Shown here piece after piece: positions 21,377 to 31,449 of a stretch of 64,000 nucleotides of DNA. The stretch is from the NCBI GenBank assembly GCA_048013815.1, contig CM106585.1:11284001-11348000 (forward strand), in the 5' to 3' direction. The position numbers were made by a program, and so were the translations under genes. A model generated the notes under the pieces. It ran no database searches. It worked only from the letters and a program-made list of their open reading frames with translations, and was not told the origin of the DNA. This stretch comes from Setoptus koraiensis. Taxonomy: Eukaryota; Animalia; Arthropoda. The first letter of the stretch is position 1. Every line of letters begins with the position of its first letter.

Positions 21377-24300
21377 GTACACTTACACACACACGCACAC
21401 AAACACACACACAAGATAAAATAAAAAGATACACACACACACTCTCCGTTTATGCACACAAACACAATGCACCGACGCTGCTGACGCAAACAAATGCACG
21501 GTCAAGAGCAACAGCGTGAAGACTGTTCCTCAGTGTGTGTGTCGTTCTTCAGTAAACTGGGGGTAGCGTGCACGGGTGGTGCAAGCAAGCCACCAATTTA
21601 CACTGGTTATTCTGAGTGGCATTGACAGTGCCTTTCAGCGGCGAACCAGTGTGACGAACTCTCATGAGGCACACACTGTGTCACCGAGGGGTTTTGTGCG
21701 TGGCACAGAGCGCACACAACGCTTTTAGCTGTAGTCAGCCTACAGTCGAGTGTGGCACAAAAATGACCGTAGCGGTTTCTGTGCCACAACGATGCACAAT
21801 GTGTTTCATAACTTGAACATTCGCTGGACGCGCCCCACCATAACCATCTCTGTATGGTGTGTGTGTTCTGCTGTGCCGTTGGTGACTAATAAGGGGAAAA
21901 CACAAGAAGAGTTCCTTCGTTAACGTTGGCTGGTCGTCCAGTTGAGCTGTTGATTCAGGTGCAGGCAGCTGTAGCAACAGCAACAGCGACAACAACAGCA
22001 ACAGCAGCAACAGAGGCCGCCCTACCGGCTCTGTTGCTCTCAAGCGATGCTCTCTCATGGCATCAGCAGCATCGCGTTGGTTTGGCTTCAAGTGCACTAT
22101 TTCTCCTACAGGGGACGCGGTAACATGCACAAGAAAGTGCAACAATCAGGTTTTGCAACCATGCATATCCATGTTTCATGTGGTGATGCATCACACTCAC
22201 TACACTGTAGTGTAATATGGTATATAATATCAAACCAAGTTGAGTCACAGCATACATGTGTGACAGTGGCCGGCACAGTCGTCATATGCTCTCATGATAT
22301 CAATTCGCGCCCTCTCCAGTTGTTTTAAAGAATTTTAGTAAGCCATGATTATTGGTTTGTGATGCTAAACGTCTATGAGAATTTTGTTATAAAATACAGC
22401 ATCAGAATGCGCATGAGTGATGGTGCTATAACTATTCAACTACTGCAGTCGGCAGTCGGCCTGCCGCCGTTGTCGTTGCCGTTGTCGTTGTTGCTTCAAC
22501 AAACAGCACCAGCTCAAATTGGCGGCCATATTTGTTGCAGGAGACAAACAACCGGACAAACGAACCAATAGAAATAAGCTTGCCTTCGCGACACACCAAC
22601 AGACACACAAACCTATCTTATGGGATGCATTCGCGAGGATGAAGAGTCGTGATGTGATGAGCCATGGTGCATAGAGTTAGGCAGTAGAAACGAGTCTGTC
22701 TGTCTGTGTCTCTCTCCTCTCTCTCTCTATCGCATGACTTTTATATGATGTGAACAGAGAGCATGGAGTTGAAAAAGAACTCCTTTTAAAGGAGTAGTAT
22801 GCTTGTGTATGTGTGTATATACATATATATAATAATAATAGTAATAGTGATAATAATTATAAAACAAATACGATAATACTAGTGCTAGTATTACTGTTCT
22901 ATGGCCATCATTATTGGGAGTCTAATTATATAGATCTTCGCTCGCAACCATGCCTCATCATACGCTAGATGCAAACACTGCAGTCAACTGCTACTGCTGC
23001 AGTAAGTGGTGAGGGCGCTAACAAGCGCTAGGCGCACCAACATCAACATTAGTCTATCGAATCGCATATATTCTTTGGCATATATGATCTTAGCTTCGCT
23101 ATTTTAATTGTCTAATGGCCACGGGAACACTACTAATACACTAGTGTGCATACGGATGCGCTCTCTGTGTTCAGGATTCCATATATGGAGTCTGAGTAGT
23201 GTTGTTGTTGTTGTTGTTGTTGATATGCTTTTGGATTCATCGTGGGTAGGTGATACTACACAGTATGTTTGTGTATGCAGATAGTTGACACTGGATCATC
23301 ATGCCAAATTCATCAGTTCCTCTCTACACCAGAGGCCACACTTATGCATAGAGAGGCATCGGCTTCGCGATAGCAACACAAACACACTTTTCAGCAACTT
23401 ACGAGCAACTTTTGGTTCCAAGCCAACAACGCAAAACATATGTCTCACAACAACGTTATGTAGTACACTATTTATATTACTACATTTTATATGTATCATG
23501 GGGCGTCATAGTAATCCAACTGCGCTCTCTCGAGGCGGCCAATCCAACGATATTCTTTCACTGACAATTTTTAATGTTTGCAATGCACAATGCACTACAT
23601 GCTCAAATAACATCACTAGTGTTGAGATTCAAATCCAACAAGGCTTGTAAGGCTTGAAATGTTGTGAATCAATTCTGTTCGATCACCGCCCCAATTGGCT
23701 GTGCAGCCTACACACAAACCTAATCTAGTGACAAACGGTCTTTTTTTTATATTATTTGTCATTACATTACACTTGTATCAATTAGTTAACTGAGAGATTT
23801 GCTTTAGGGGTTATTGTCTTCTCTTATATCCTTTCAACTAGCTCGCAATAGGTATCTCTCAAATAGTGTAGTGACAATGGTGTGTATATTGTCTTCTCGA
23901 TGTGTCCACCTCATGATCATGATCTCATTGAGCCACATCACCAAGCGACTTTTTGTGACGCTTAAATCTCTTGCGATTGGACAGTAGAAGCATCTATAGA
24001 GTCATACAGTTTTTCTTTTAATATGTGTTTGTGATCGAAATGTTGGCGATGACCATCATCTTTCGAAGCGGTTTTGCGATCAACTACTAGTCACGGTCAT
24101 CTCACTTCACATAAATCTGTCAATTTGGTGGACACTTGATCTTCTTTTGATTTGTCATACAGTCTGTATGATACAGACCAATTCCATACGACGACAACGG
24201 CGCCACCGTCAAGTTTCTGATTTTTTGCCTTTTAAATTTGGCGCATATGAATCAATCGCAGCCTTAACAGGCTCAAGGCAACCATAGGATTGGATCATAT

Positions 24301-24731
24301 GGGAAGGAATGCAGAAATTTATTTATAAAAAAACAACGCACAGCGTCGTGCGGTCTCCACTGTGAAGGCGCTGATACATTCTCTGATATTATCATTATTA
24401 TTATTATTGTAATCATCACCATTTATATTGTTAATGTTATAAGTACCAATATCTGTTTGGCACAATGCTGATTTAATCATTAACAAAATCATCAAAGCGT
24501 ATATATTATTATTGGTCTAGATATGGCTTGACTCCTATTATTTAATCAGATCGCACACCCAGTCGGAGTAATCTCACAATTCTTCTTGATTGAGCTCTTA
24601 TCGTAATTAGACAGAAGAAAAAATAATTTGACAGATTTAGAATCGCACGTACCGACACATGGACTAATCTTGTTTTGTACATATATTTAATAGGATCATA
24701 TTGTTGTTAGTTTCTCAAAGATTCATCGCTC

Positions 24732-26039
24732 ATGGATTGTGACGACAGCGATGAAAAAGATAGCGATGATGACAGAGAAGAGGATCCTAGAAGAAAAAGA
24801 AAATTCTGTAATGAAAGAGACGATTTGCCTCTCAATGATGCACCGACAATTAAAAGTGAGGCCCGTTTACCATCGGATCGAAAAAAATTAGCACGTTCCA
24901 ACAGGCACACGAGTAGGCATCATGATAACAAGATTGAGATTGTTAGAAACTGTAATAGGAAAAACTTTTATCATGAAAAATCGAAACCTATTCCAACATT
25001 AGTGGCTGGTAATAACAATTTGATTACCATTCGGTCGACCACAGCAAATGTGCACCAATCAAGTAATAATCACAATAATAAATTCAAACTACACCATCAG
25101 AGAGTCCCGCAAACTAATCAATACAATAACACTAATGTACAACATTTCAACCAAAACAATTCTGGCTTCGTTGGGCCCCCGCCTGGTTTATATTCTGTAC
25201 CTTCGCAGTCATCCGCTCCTCCGATTACAACTACTCCTAAAATTCATGTGAATCCTCATTTTGTGAAAAAGTTTCTCAGAAAATCTGATAACAGCGAGAG
25301 TTTTGACAACGACGACACAGATCTAAGCTCTGCACCGCCTGAAGCGATACATCTAGCTGCTGCTGTCGTTGCCGCCAACATTGTTTCTGCTAATAAATTA
25401 GTATCAGTAACTCAATCGGAACAGGGCTCCAACAGCTCAAATGACGATTATGTGAATAATTTGAATACTCAAGACAAAAATAAAATATTCAAACCTCATA
25501 GTATGGGTCAAACTGAGCCAGTACAGCAGCGTAGTATCAGCAACAATACAACCGTGTCGGAACATTTGGGAAATGGCGGCCAACCAATACCTGTGATAGG
25601 TGGATCTCCAAATACTCTGTACAGTAACAATCCTAGCGCAATACATTTCAAAAGACGTCAGAACACATGCCATCAACATTCTTTGTCCTACTCAAGGTTC
25701 AACCAACAGTACAATGATCAGCAGCGCTTCCATTTGTCCAAAATACCCATTAACAACATTAGCCCTCTCTCGAATCAGCATCATGCTTCTACTAGCCAGG
25801 GCTCTAAGCACTCTTGCTCTTTATATTCTTCTCAGATGAATTCAAATGGTTTTCGGCACAAAGAACTAAGCTCCTTTTCGAGTGTGCCGTCGGATGTAGC
25901 TGAGCCTGGCCCCCAAGAGGATAATAAGTCTGAAAGTCGGCAAATATTCTCCGGTGATAAGTCGGATGACATTCTCTATCAGTCATGTGCTGAATCAAAA
26001 GTCAAACAAAAAGAAAGTGTCGATAATATTCAATTATAG
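24732..26039 (+). CDS. 435-aa low-complexity nuclear protein, tentatively RBM33-like
   Basis: Long open frame. An acidic tract followed by RKFCNER and the motif KIHVNPHF both resemble motifs I recall from RBM33. No folded domain is visible; additional exons are possible. Confidence 0.6.
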   Translation: MDCDDSDEKDSDDDREEDPRRKRKFCNERDDLPLNDAPTIKSEARLPSDRKKLARSNRHTSRHHDNKIEIVRNCNRKNFYHEKSKPIPTLVAGNNNLITIRSTTANVHQSSNNHNNKFKLHHQRVPQTNQYNNTNVQHFNQNNSGFVGPPPGLYSVPSQSSAPPITTTPKIHVNPHFVKKFLRKSDNSESFDNDDTDLSSAPPEAIHLAAAVVAANIVSANKLVSVTQSEQGSNSSNDDYVNNLNTQDKNKIFKPHSMGQTEPVQQRSISNNTTVSEHLGNGGQPIPVIGGSPNTLYSNNPSAIHFKRRQNTCHQHSLSYSRFNQQYNDQQRFHLSKIPINNISPLSNQHHASTSQGSKHSCSLYSSQMNSNGFRHKELSSFSSVPSDVAEPGPQEDNKSESRQIFSGDKSDDILYQSCAESKVKQKESVDNIQL

Positions 26040-26531
26040 CACTAAAAAATGTTTTTGCGTCAAATCTAAGAAGAGCAACCTGGTTTTGAGCTTCACCAAG
26101 ATCCCCTTTCTCACCCACTATAATGGACATGCCACCTATTTGTTTCGCTGCACAAGACAGGCGATTGAAAATCGCGGATCGCTTTAGTTCCTCAAGAGTT
26201 GATGTTTCAAGGGAACAAGAGCAATTTTTTCTGATAATTGTTTGGAATATGATTTTTGCTAGCTGCTCCAAACATAGACTTCAATAGCCAAAACGATTAG
26301 AAAGTATTTTGCTAAGAGCAGTTGAAATTGCTTAAATTACATTTACATCCTAGTAAAACAATAAGCGAGGAACCATGTTTCTCAAAATATTGCTCTTTTG
26401 TTCGTGTATTTCTGCTATGTCTCGAATTTTATCGAGATTGGTCTTCTCGTGATAGTGTTAAACGTAAATCTTTCCAAGTCTAGCTTTGTAGTCTGGAGTA
26501 GTATCAATCGAGTCGGATCATCCACGATCCA

Positions 26532-26630
26532 CCAAGTACCTGTGTTGGTGGGTCCTCAAATACTCTGTACAATAACAACCCTAACGCAATGCATTTCAAA
26601 GGGTGTCAGGACAAATGCCATCAACATTCT
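26532..26630 (+). pseudogene. Diverged partial duplicate of 25584-25682
   Basis: Manual alignment gives 72/84 identity for 26547-26630 vs 25599-25682; 11 of the 12 mismatches are transitions. Confidence 0.7.
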
Positions 26631-26898
26631 GTCAGTGCTCGGCAGAATCCTCCTCCCACCATTTTAAACTTATGTAGATGGCGCCACTAAAATTCAAGCT
26701 GTTATGTTATGGTCCACTTTGACAGATAAAATGTAGGACGCAATAATTCTAACACACTGTACTGTTATTATTTTTATTTTTTGAAAATGATCATCATTAC
26801 CATACTGATATTGTATTAGGAACCATTATAACTAGTTATTTATTAAATTACTAAACTAAATTACCTTTCAACAATAGTAGCAGTCTATAATTTCTAAG

Positions 26899-28719
26899 AT
26901 GGAGGAAATCATTAGAACTGTTTTCAACTCTGGAATCATTGATATTAAGGGCTATAAGATTCAAGTAGAGAATGGTATCGCCGAGGGTGGATTCGGTTAT
27001 GTATTCAAGGTTCGAGACGTTACAACAAATACACCCTATGCCCTCAAACGTCTACTGGCAGCAGATAAAGAATCAAAGAAAGATATCCAACGAGAGATTA
27101 AATTGTTGACCGATATACAACCTCATCCTCATATCATGAAATTCATTGGTTGGACGAAAGTAAAGCACAATCTACAGAACGCTTATTTATTGCTGAGTGA
27201 ATTTTGTAGCCAGGGTTGCTTAACTGACCTACAGATGCCAATGGAAAATCACCAACAGATGTATCGCATAATATATCAAATCAGTTTGGCTATTAATCAT
27301 ATGCACAATCTAGGTGTGATACATCGTGATATTAAAGCAGAAAATATATTATTTGATGATGACGGTTTTGTTAAATTATGTGATTTTGGATCGGCAACAA
27401 CAGATTCTTATGAACCTAATTTAGATTGGACACCTCACCAACGGTCCACTGTGGAGGACGACATGCAACGACATACCACACCAATGTATAGGCCTCCAGA
27501 AATATTAGAAACATACCTTCATTATTCCATTAACGGTGCTATTGATATTTGGGCTCTCGGGTGTCTCGCTTACTATATTAGATTTGGCCAGCATGCTTTC
27601 CCAGATTCGGGAAAGTTACGCATAATCAATTGTCACTATAGTATACCGAAGGATGCTAAAGATGGTATCGTCAATGTAATCAAGTAAGTATCATCGGCTT
27701 TCTTTTAAACTTACTCATCTTTTAGATCTATATCCAATGTTTTATCAATACTGATATCCTCTTCTAATTTTTCTTTCAGACAATGTTTGAAGCCGGACCC
27801 CAAGGATCGTATATCAATAAATTCATTGATTCAATCCTTGGAATTGGAGTTCAGTGATACAATTCTAAGAAGTCCAGTTATTCCTTCCAAGTCATCAGCT
27901 TACAAAAGTAGAGAAGACAATAATACCGTTTATCCTGAGTCCAACTGCGTCGATAAGAAAAATAATTTGAAAAATACATTAGATGACTTAAAGTTAATCA
28001 TTCCCGAAGATCCCAAAGAGGACGTACTCATTGAACTAATCGATAGTAACACTCCAACGAAAATCCCACCAGTGGATACCACTAAGATGTTGCATGACTA
28101 CGCTGAGGCGGCTGGTCTGACATCTCAACTTTTATCAGCGACCGAATCCACGAAGAATGTGGATTTCCTCACAGACCTAGAAACAATCTCGTTAAATGAT
28201 GTGATATCTGATCAGAAAGTTCTCAGTCCAGAGAAGGCTATATTGAACGATATTCCAGAAAATAATAGGCTTTTTGGTAAATCAAATGGTAAGAAAGATA
28301 TGTTCGAGGATTTGTTACCAGAATTTAAAAAGAGCACTAATAACAATAATGGACAAAACCATAGGTCAATATTTGCTGAACCAATCACGAGTGGCCACTC
28401 AACTAATGGCTCTCTCTTGGCTGATCTCGATTTTGAATCAAATCATACTTCAAAGATAATGGAATGGAAAGAGAAAAGGCGTGGCAATATAAGAGCTTTA
28501 TTGAGTTCACTACATTTAGTGCTATCTGACGAATTCAACTGGAAACCGATAGAAATGCAGCAACTGATAGCGGATAGCGACGTGAAGAAGGTGTATCGAA
28601 AGGCCTGCTTGGCTGTTCATCCAGATAAAGTCAGAGGCACTGACACCCAGGAAATGGCCAAGCTAATATTTATGGAACTAAATGATGCCTGGAGCAAATT
28701 CGAGAGTAACCAGAGTTAA
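26899..28719 (+). CDS. GAK: Cyclin-G-associated kinase/auxilin lacking the PTEN-like and C2 domains; exons 26899-27683 and 27780-28719, about 574 aa
   Basis: NAK-family kinase (IAEGGFG, ALKRL, HRDIKAEN, KLCDFGSAT, TTPMYRPPE). A 96-nt phase-2 GTAAGT..TTTCAG intron follows. C-terminal auxilin J domain: NIRALLSSL..YRKACLAVHPDK..AKLIFMELNDAW. Confidence 0.93.
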
Positions 28720-28739
28720 TAATATCACATTGGTTTGAC

Positions 28740-29039
28740 TTACAAATCTTGCCATCCGTCTTCATTCAGCTTCTTTAGTCTTCTTTTATGTGATTTGCTC
28801 TTCTCATGTTTAATGAGGACATCTTGATCTTGGAAATAACGTGCGCATTCTACACAGTAAAACTGACCATTGCCAACCTGGTCCAAGTCAAATGGGAGAG
28901 ACTTAAGTAATTCGTCTTTGTTCTTTAGATTGGCTATAATTTCATCCAAATCTTTCGTCTTGGTTCTTGTCTTTCCCCCTCGGCGTCCATAACCCTGGCA
29001 TGGTCCCGTTTTTCCTTTCTTACGAGCGAGTCTACCCAT
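28740..29039 (-). CDS. ZNF593: Zinc finger protein 593/Bud20 (pre-60S factor), 99 aa
   Basis: RTKTKDLDEI, DLD..GNGQFYCVECARYF and HEKSKSHKRRLK. Confidence 0.9.
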   Translation of the reverse strand: MGRLARKKGKTGPCQGYGRRGGKTRTKTKDLDEIIANLKNKDELLKSLPFDLDQVGNGQFYCVECARYFQDQDVLIKHEKSKSHKRRLKKLNEDGWQDL

Positions 29040-29056
29040 TGTTTTGAATTAAATTA

Positions 29057-30075
29057 CAGTGAAGTTCAGCCAAATGCGAATGCTGTCCAAATGCGAATGC
29101 TGTCCAAATGCGAAAAATGATCACGTTTTAGCTATATTCACTTCATTTTCGCGAGGTAAATTTGAATTTTGGTAGTGATCGGGGGAGGAAGACCTCCCCC
29201 TCCCACCTCCCCGTTTCATATCGGGGAGGTGGGAGAATTTCCTCCCGCCTCCCCGATATGAAACGGGGACGAAATCCTCCCACCTCCCCCTCCCTAGTTC
29301 GAATCGGGGACGGGGAGGTGGGAGCTCCCCCTCCCCCTCCCCGGGGAATCGTTGGGACCTCCCCAAAAAAATGGGGAGCTCCCGCTTCTCCCCGTCCCCC
29401 TCAGCTGTACTAAAACACAGAATACGAGTGTCAATAAGATGAAAAAATAGCTTAGAATTCATGTCTTGTGTCTTTATATCATGTCTTGCGTCTCTATATC
29501 ATGTTTTGTGTCTCTTATTCATACTTTGCCTCAGTTTTCGGCAATCCGGGAGCTCCCCATTTGTTTTGGGAGGTCCCGATGGTTCCCCGGGGAGGGGGAG
29601 GCGGGAGGACGACCTCCCCGCTATTAGATGGGGAGGGGGAGGCGGGAGCTCCCCGCGGGGAGGACACCTCCCCACCTCCCCCGATCACTAAATTTTGGCT
29701 TGATTTTGAATTTCCCGCGTGGTTTTTCGAAACTTTTCGGATATCCATGAATAATTAATGGTCCTCTTTATCGATTAAATAACCTCCCAAAAGGTTCTAC
29801 TGAGGATTTTTTTTCAATTGATTCTTGAAACTCGATCAAAGAGATCTGCAGAGCATAAAAAAAATCGAAAAAATGATTTACCAGTGGAGGTAAGGCAAGT
29901 AATGGCTGGTCGTCACTAGTTCACAATCTTGAATCTAACTTTAAAACTCGCGCTGATGTTTTGGTCCCAATTTTTCGCATTTGGCTGAACTTTACTGTAG
30001 CTAAAACGTGATCATTTTTCGCATTTGGACAGCATTCGCATTTGGACAGCATTCGCATTTGGCTGAACTTCACTG
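29057..30075. mobile_element. Non-autonomous DNA transposon (MITE/foldback) with perfect 78-bp terminal inverted repeats, Tc1/mariner-like CAGTG...CACTG ends
   Basis: 29057-29134 is the exact reverse complement of 29998-30075, and each TIR has three CCAAATGCGAA motifs. The left flank is TA and the right flank is TT, so the TSD is imperfect. An extra partial end at 29971-29997 is followed by TA. No transposase ORF. Confidence 0.78.
29173..29690. mobile_element. Non-autonomous hAT-type MITE, 518 bp, nested in the outer element
   Basis: Perfect 16-bp TIR TAGTGATCGGGGGAGG (29173-29188 / 29675-29690), flanked by an identical 8-bp direct repeat AATTTTGG (29165-29172 / 29691-29698). An 8-bp TSD and a YARNG-type end are hAT hallmarks. 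Confidence 0.87.
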
Positions 30076-30128
30076 TTGAAGGATCTGTTGAATAGGAGGA
30101 GCAGTGGACGGACGACAATCGCCATACT

Positions 30129-30488
30129 ATGGGTCCTCCAATTAAAAAGAAACCAAAATTGGAAACAAATGCCCCTAAGACAAAGAATCTCTTCAAGTTG
30201 TCGAAGAATTTAATGCAGATGAAATTTATGCAACGGTCCCGTAAGGAATACGAGAAGCAAGTAGAAGAAAAAGAAGGACCTATTGACTTCACGGCAACTG
30301 AGTCCAATGAACGAAATCAAATCACCTATCAGCCAAGTTATGTGTTTTTCGAGAAACTGAGGTTCGGCAGGCTCTCGTTTAAAAGTATGAATGTAGATAT
30401 TGAACAGTTGATGAATTCCAGTAATACAAGCGTTAAAAGGGAGGCACCGTCTGAGTCATCGGATAACGACGACGATTTAATCTATTAA
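30129..30488 (+). CDS. MPHOSPH6: M-phase phosphoprotein 6 (nuclear exosome cofactor MPP6), 119 aa
   Basis: KLSKNLMQMKFMQR and FGRLSFKSMNVDIEQLM match the two conserved MPP6 blocks. Confidence 0.86.
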   Translation: MGPPIKKKPKLETNAPKTKNLFKLSKNLMQMKFMQRSRKEYEKQVEEKEGPIDFTATESNERNQITYQPSYVFFEKLRFGRLSFKSMNVDIEQLMNSSNTSVKREAPSESSDNDDDLIY

Positions 30489-30520
30489 ATAGTTTATTAC
30501 AATGTGTATGATTAGTGCGA

Positions 30521-30805
30521 TTAATGTGTCGAGTTGTCTTGTTCCTTTTTGACAGACAAATCCAACGGTTCGTCTTGTATTTGTGATTTCTTATGTACCA
30601 GACTTAAGTGCCTATTCAGTTTTTGTAGATATTGACAGGCGTAAACACAATGGGGACACTCGACAATTTTAATTCTATGCTGATGGAAGTTTCTCCTATG
30701 ATACAAGTGTTCTCTTGGATTAATTGTCCTATGTCCGCAGTCAGCACAGGTATACTGTCTTCTGATTCGTGTAGGCGGTAAATTCATCATGACCATGTTT
30801 TCCAT
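30521..30805 (-). CDS. Small C2H2 zinc-finger protein with a CtBP-binding PLDLS motif (94 aa from ATG 30805; may be a terminal exon)
   Basis: Fingers YTCADCG..H..H and VECPHCVY..HLSLVH, then DEPLDLS. A CAG acceptor-like site directly precedes AATG, so an upstream exon is possible. Confidence 0.75.
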   Translation of the reverse strand: MENMVMMNLPPTRIRRQYTCADCGHRTINPREHLYHRRNFHQHRIKIVECPHCVYACQYLQKLNRHLSLVHKKSQIQDEPLDLSVKKEQDNSTH

Positions 30806-31449
30806 TCTGTTATGTTCAATTACGAGTGGTCGCAAGGTTACGTCACAATACGTTTTGGTTAAGTAGTGGATAAAGTAGATCACACGACAGGCAGCAGCAG
30901 CAACGACGACTGGAAGACCAATTGAAGATATGCCAGAAGTTGCATGTAAAAAGTAATGTTGCGATGATGTATTGTTGAACGATGAACGAGACTGTCGACA
31001 ATTGACGATCGTTTGTTTCAACTGTCCGGCGCCAATTTAGCCGTTTAACAAGTTGACTTACAACTGCATTACAATTTATCTATCATCATCGATTGGTCAG
31101 CATATAAATATGTGTATGCAGCAGCCGTGCTGTACTAGATGCAGCACTTGGTTGCTGTAGCGGAGTCGCGCATACTTTGGGTCACCCGTTGGATACAGTA
31201 GTGATAAAGCGAAAGTGAGACAGTCGACGAGTAATCTGTAATCACGTCAGTCAGTTATACATTATGATGATGTTTGTGTACTGTTTGTTTGTTGTAATTG
31301 TGATGTGGAACAATCTTGTCTGTTGTTTGAGTAGTACAAACATGCAACCAGCAGTACAAGTAGCAGTACAATCATTGTCACAAGATAAACGATATTTTGT
31401 TCACGTGGTCCACCCCCGCTGTGTGTCTCATTATAATGCCCTGTAGCGT

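Noticed and set aside
21735-22145. ORF with a poly-Leu signal-peptide-like stretch
   Set aside because: The Leu run derives from a CTG/TTG microsatellite and nothing else supports coding; it cannot be fully excluded.
23579-23595. miR-33-like sequence on the minus strand
   Set aside because: It is a simple CAATGCA duplication, lacks the central AGT of miR-33, and has no hairpin partner.
26002-26271. Minus-strand 89-aa ORF vaguely resembling an RRM
   Set aside because: It is on the wrong strand to complete the neighbouring ORF, has no ATG start, and has no clear RNP1/RNP2 motifs.
29297-29305. Pol III B-box-like GTTCGAATC suggesting a tRNA or SINE
   Set aside because: No A-box or cloverleaf; it lies inside an element already explained by TIR and TSD.
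29121-29758. Gly/Pro/Arg-rich ORFs on both strands
   Set aside because: They are by-products of the GC-rich palindromic MITE; no transposase motifs.
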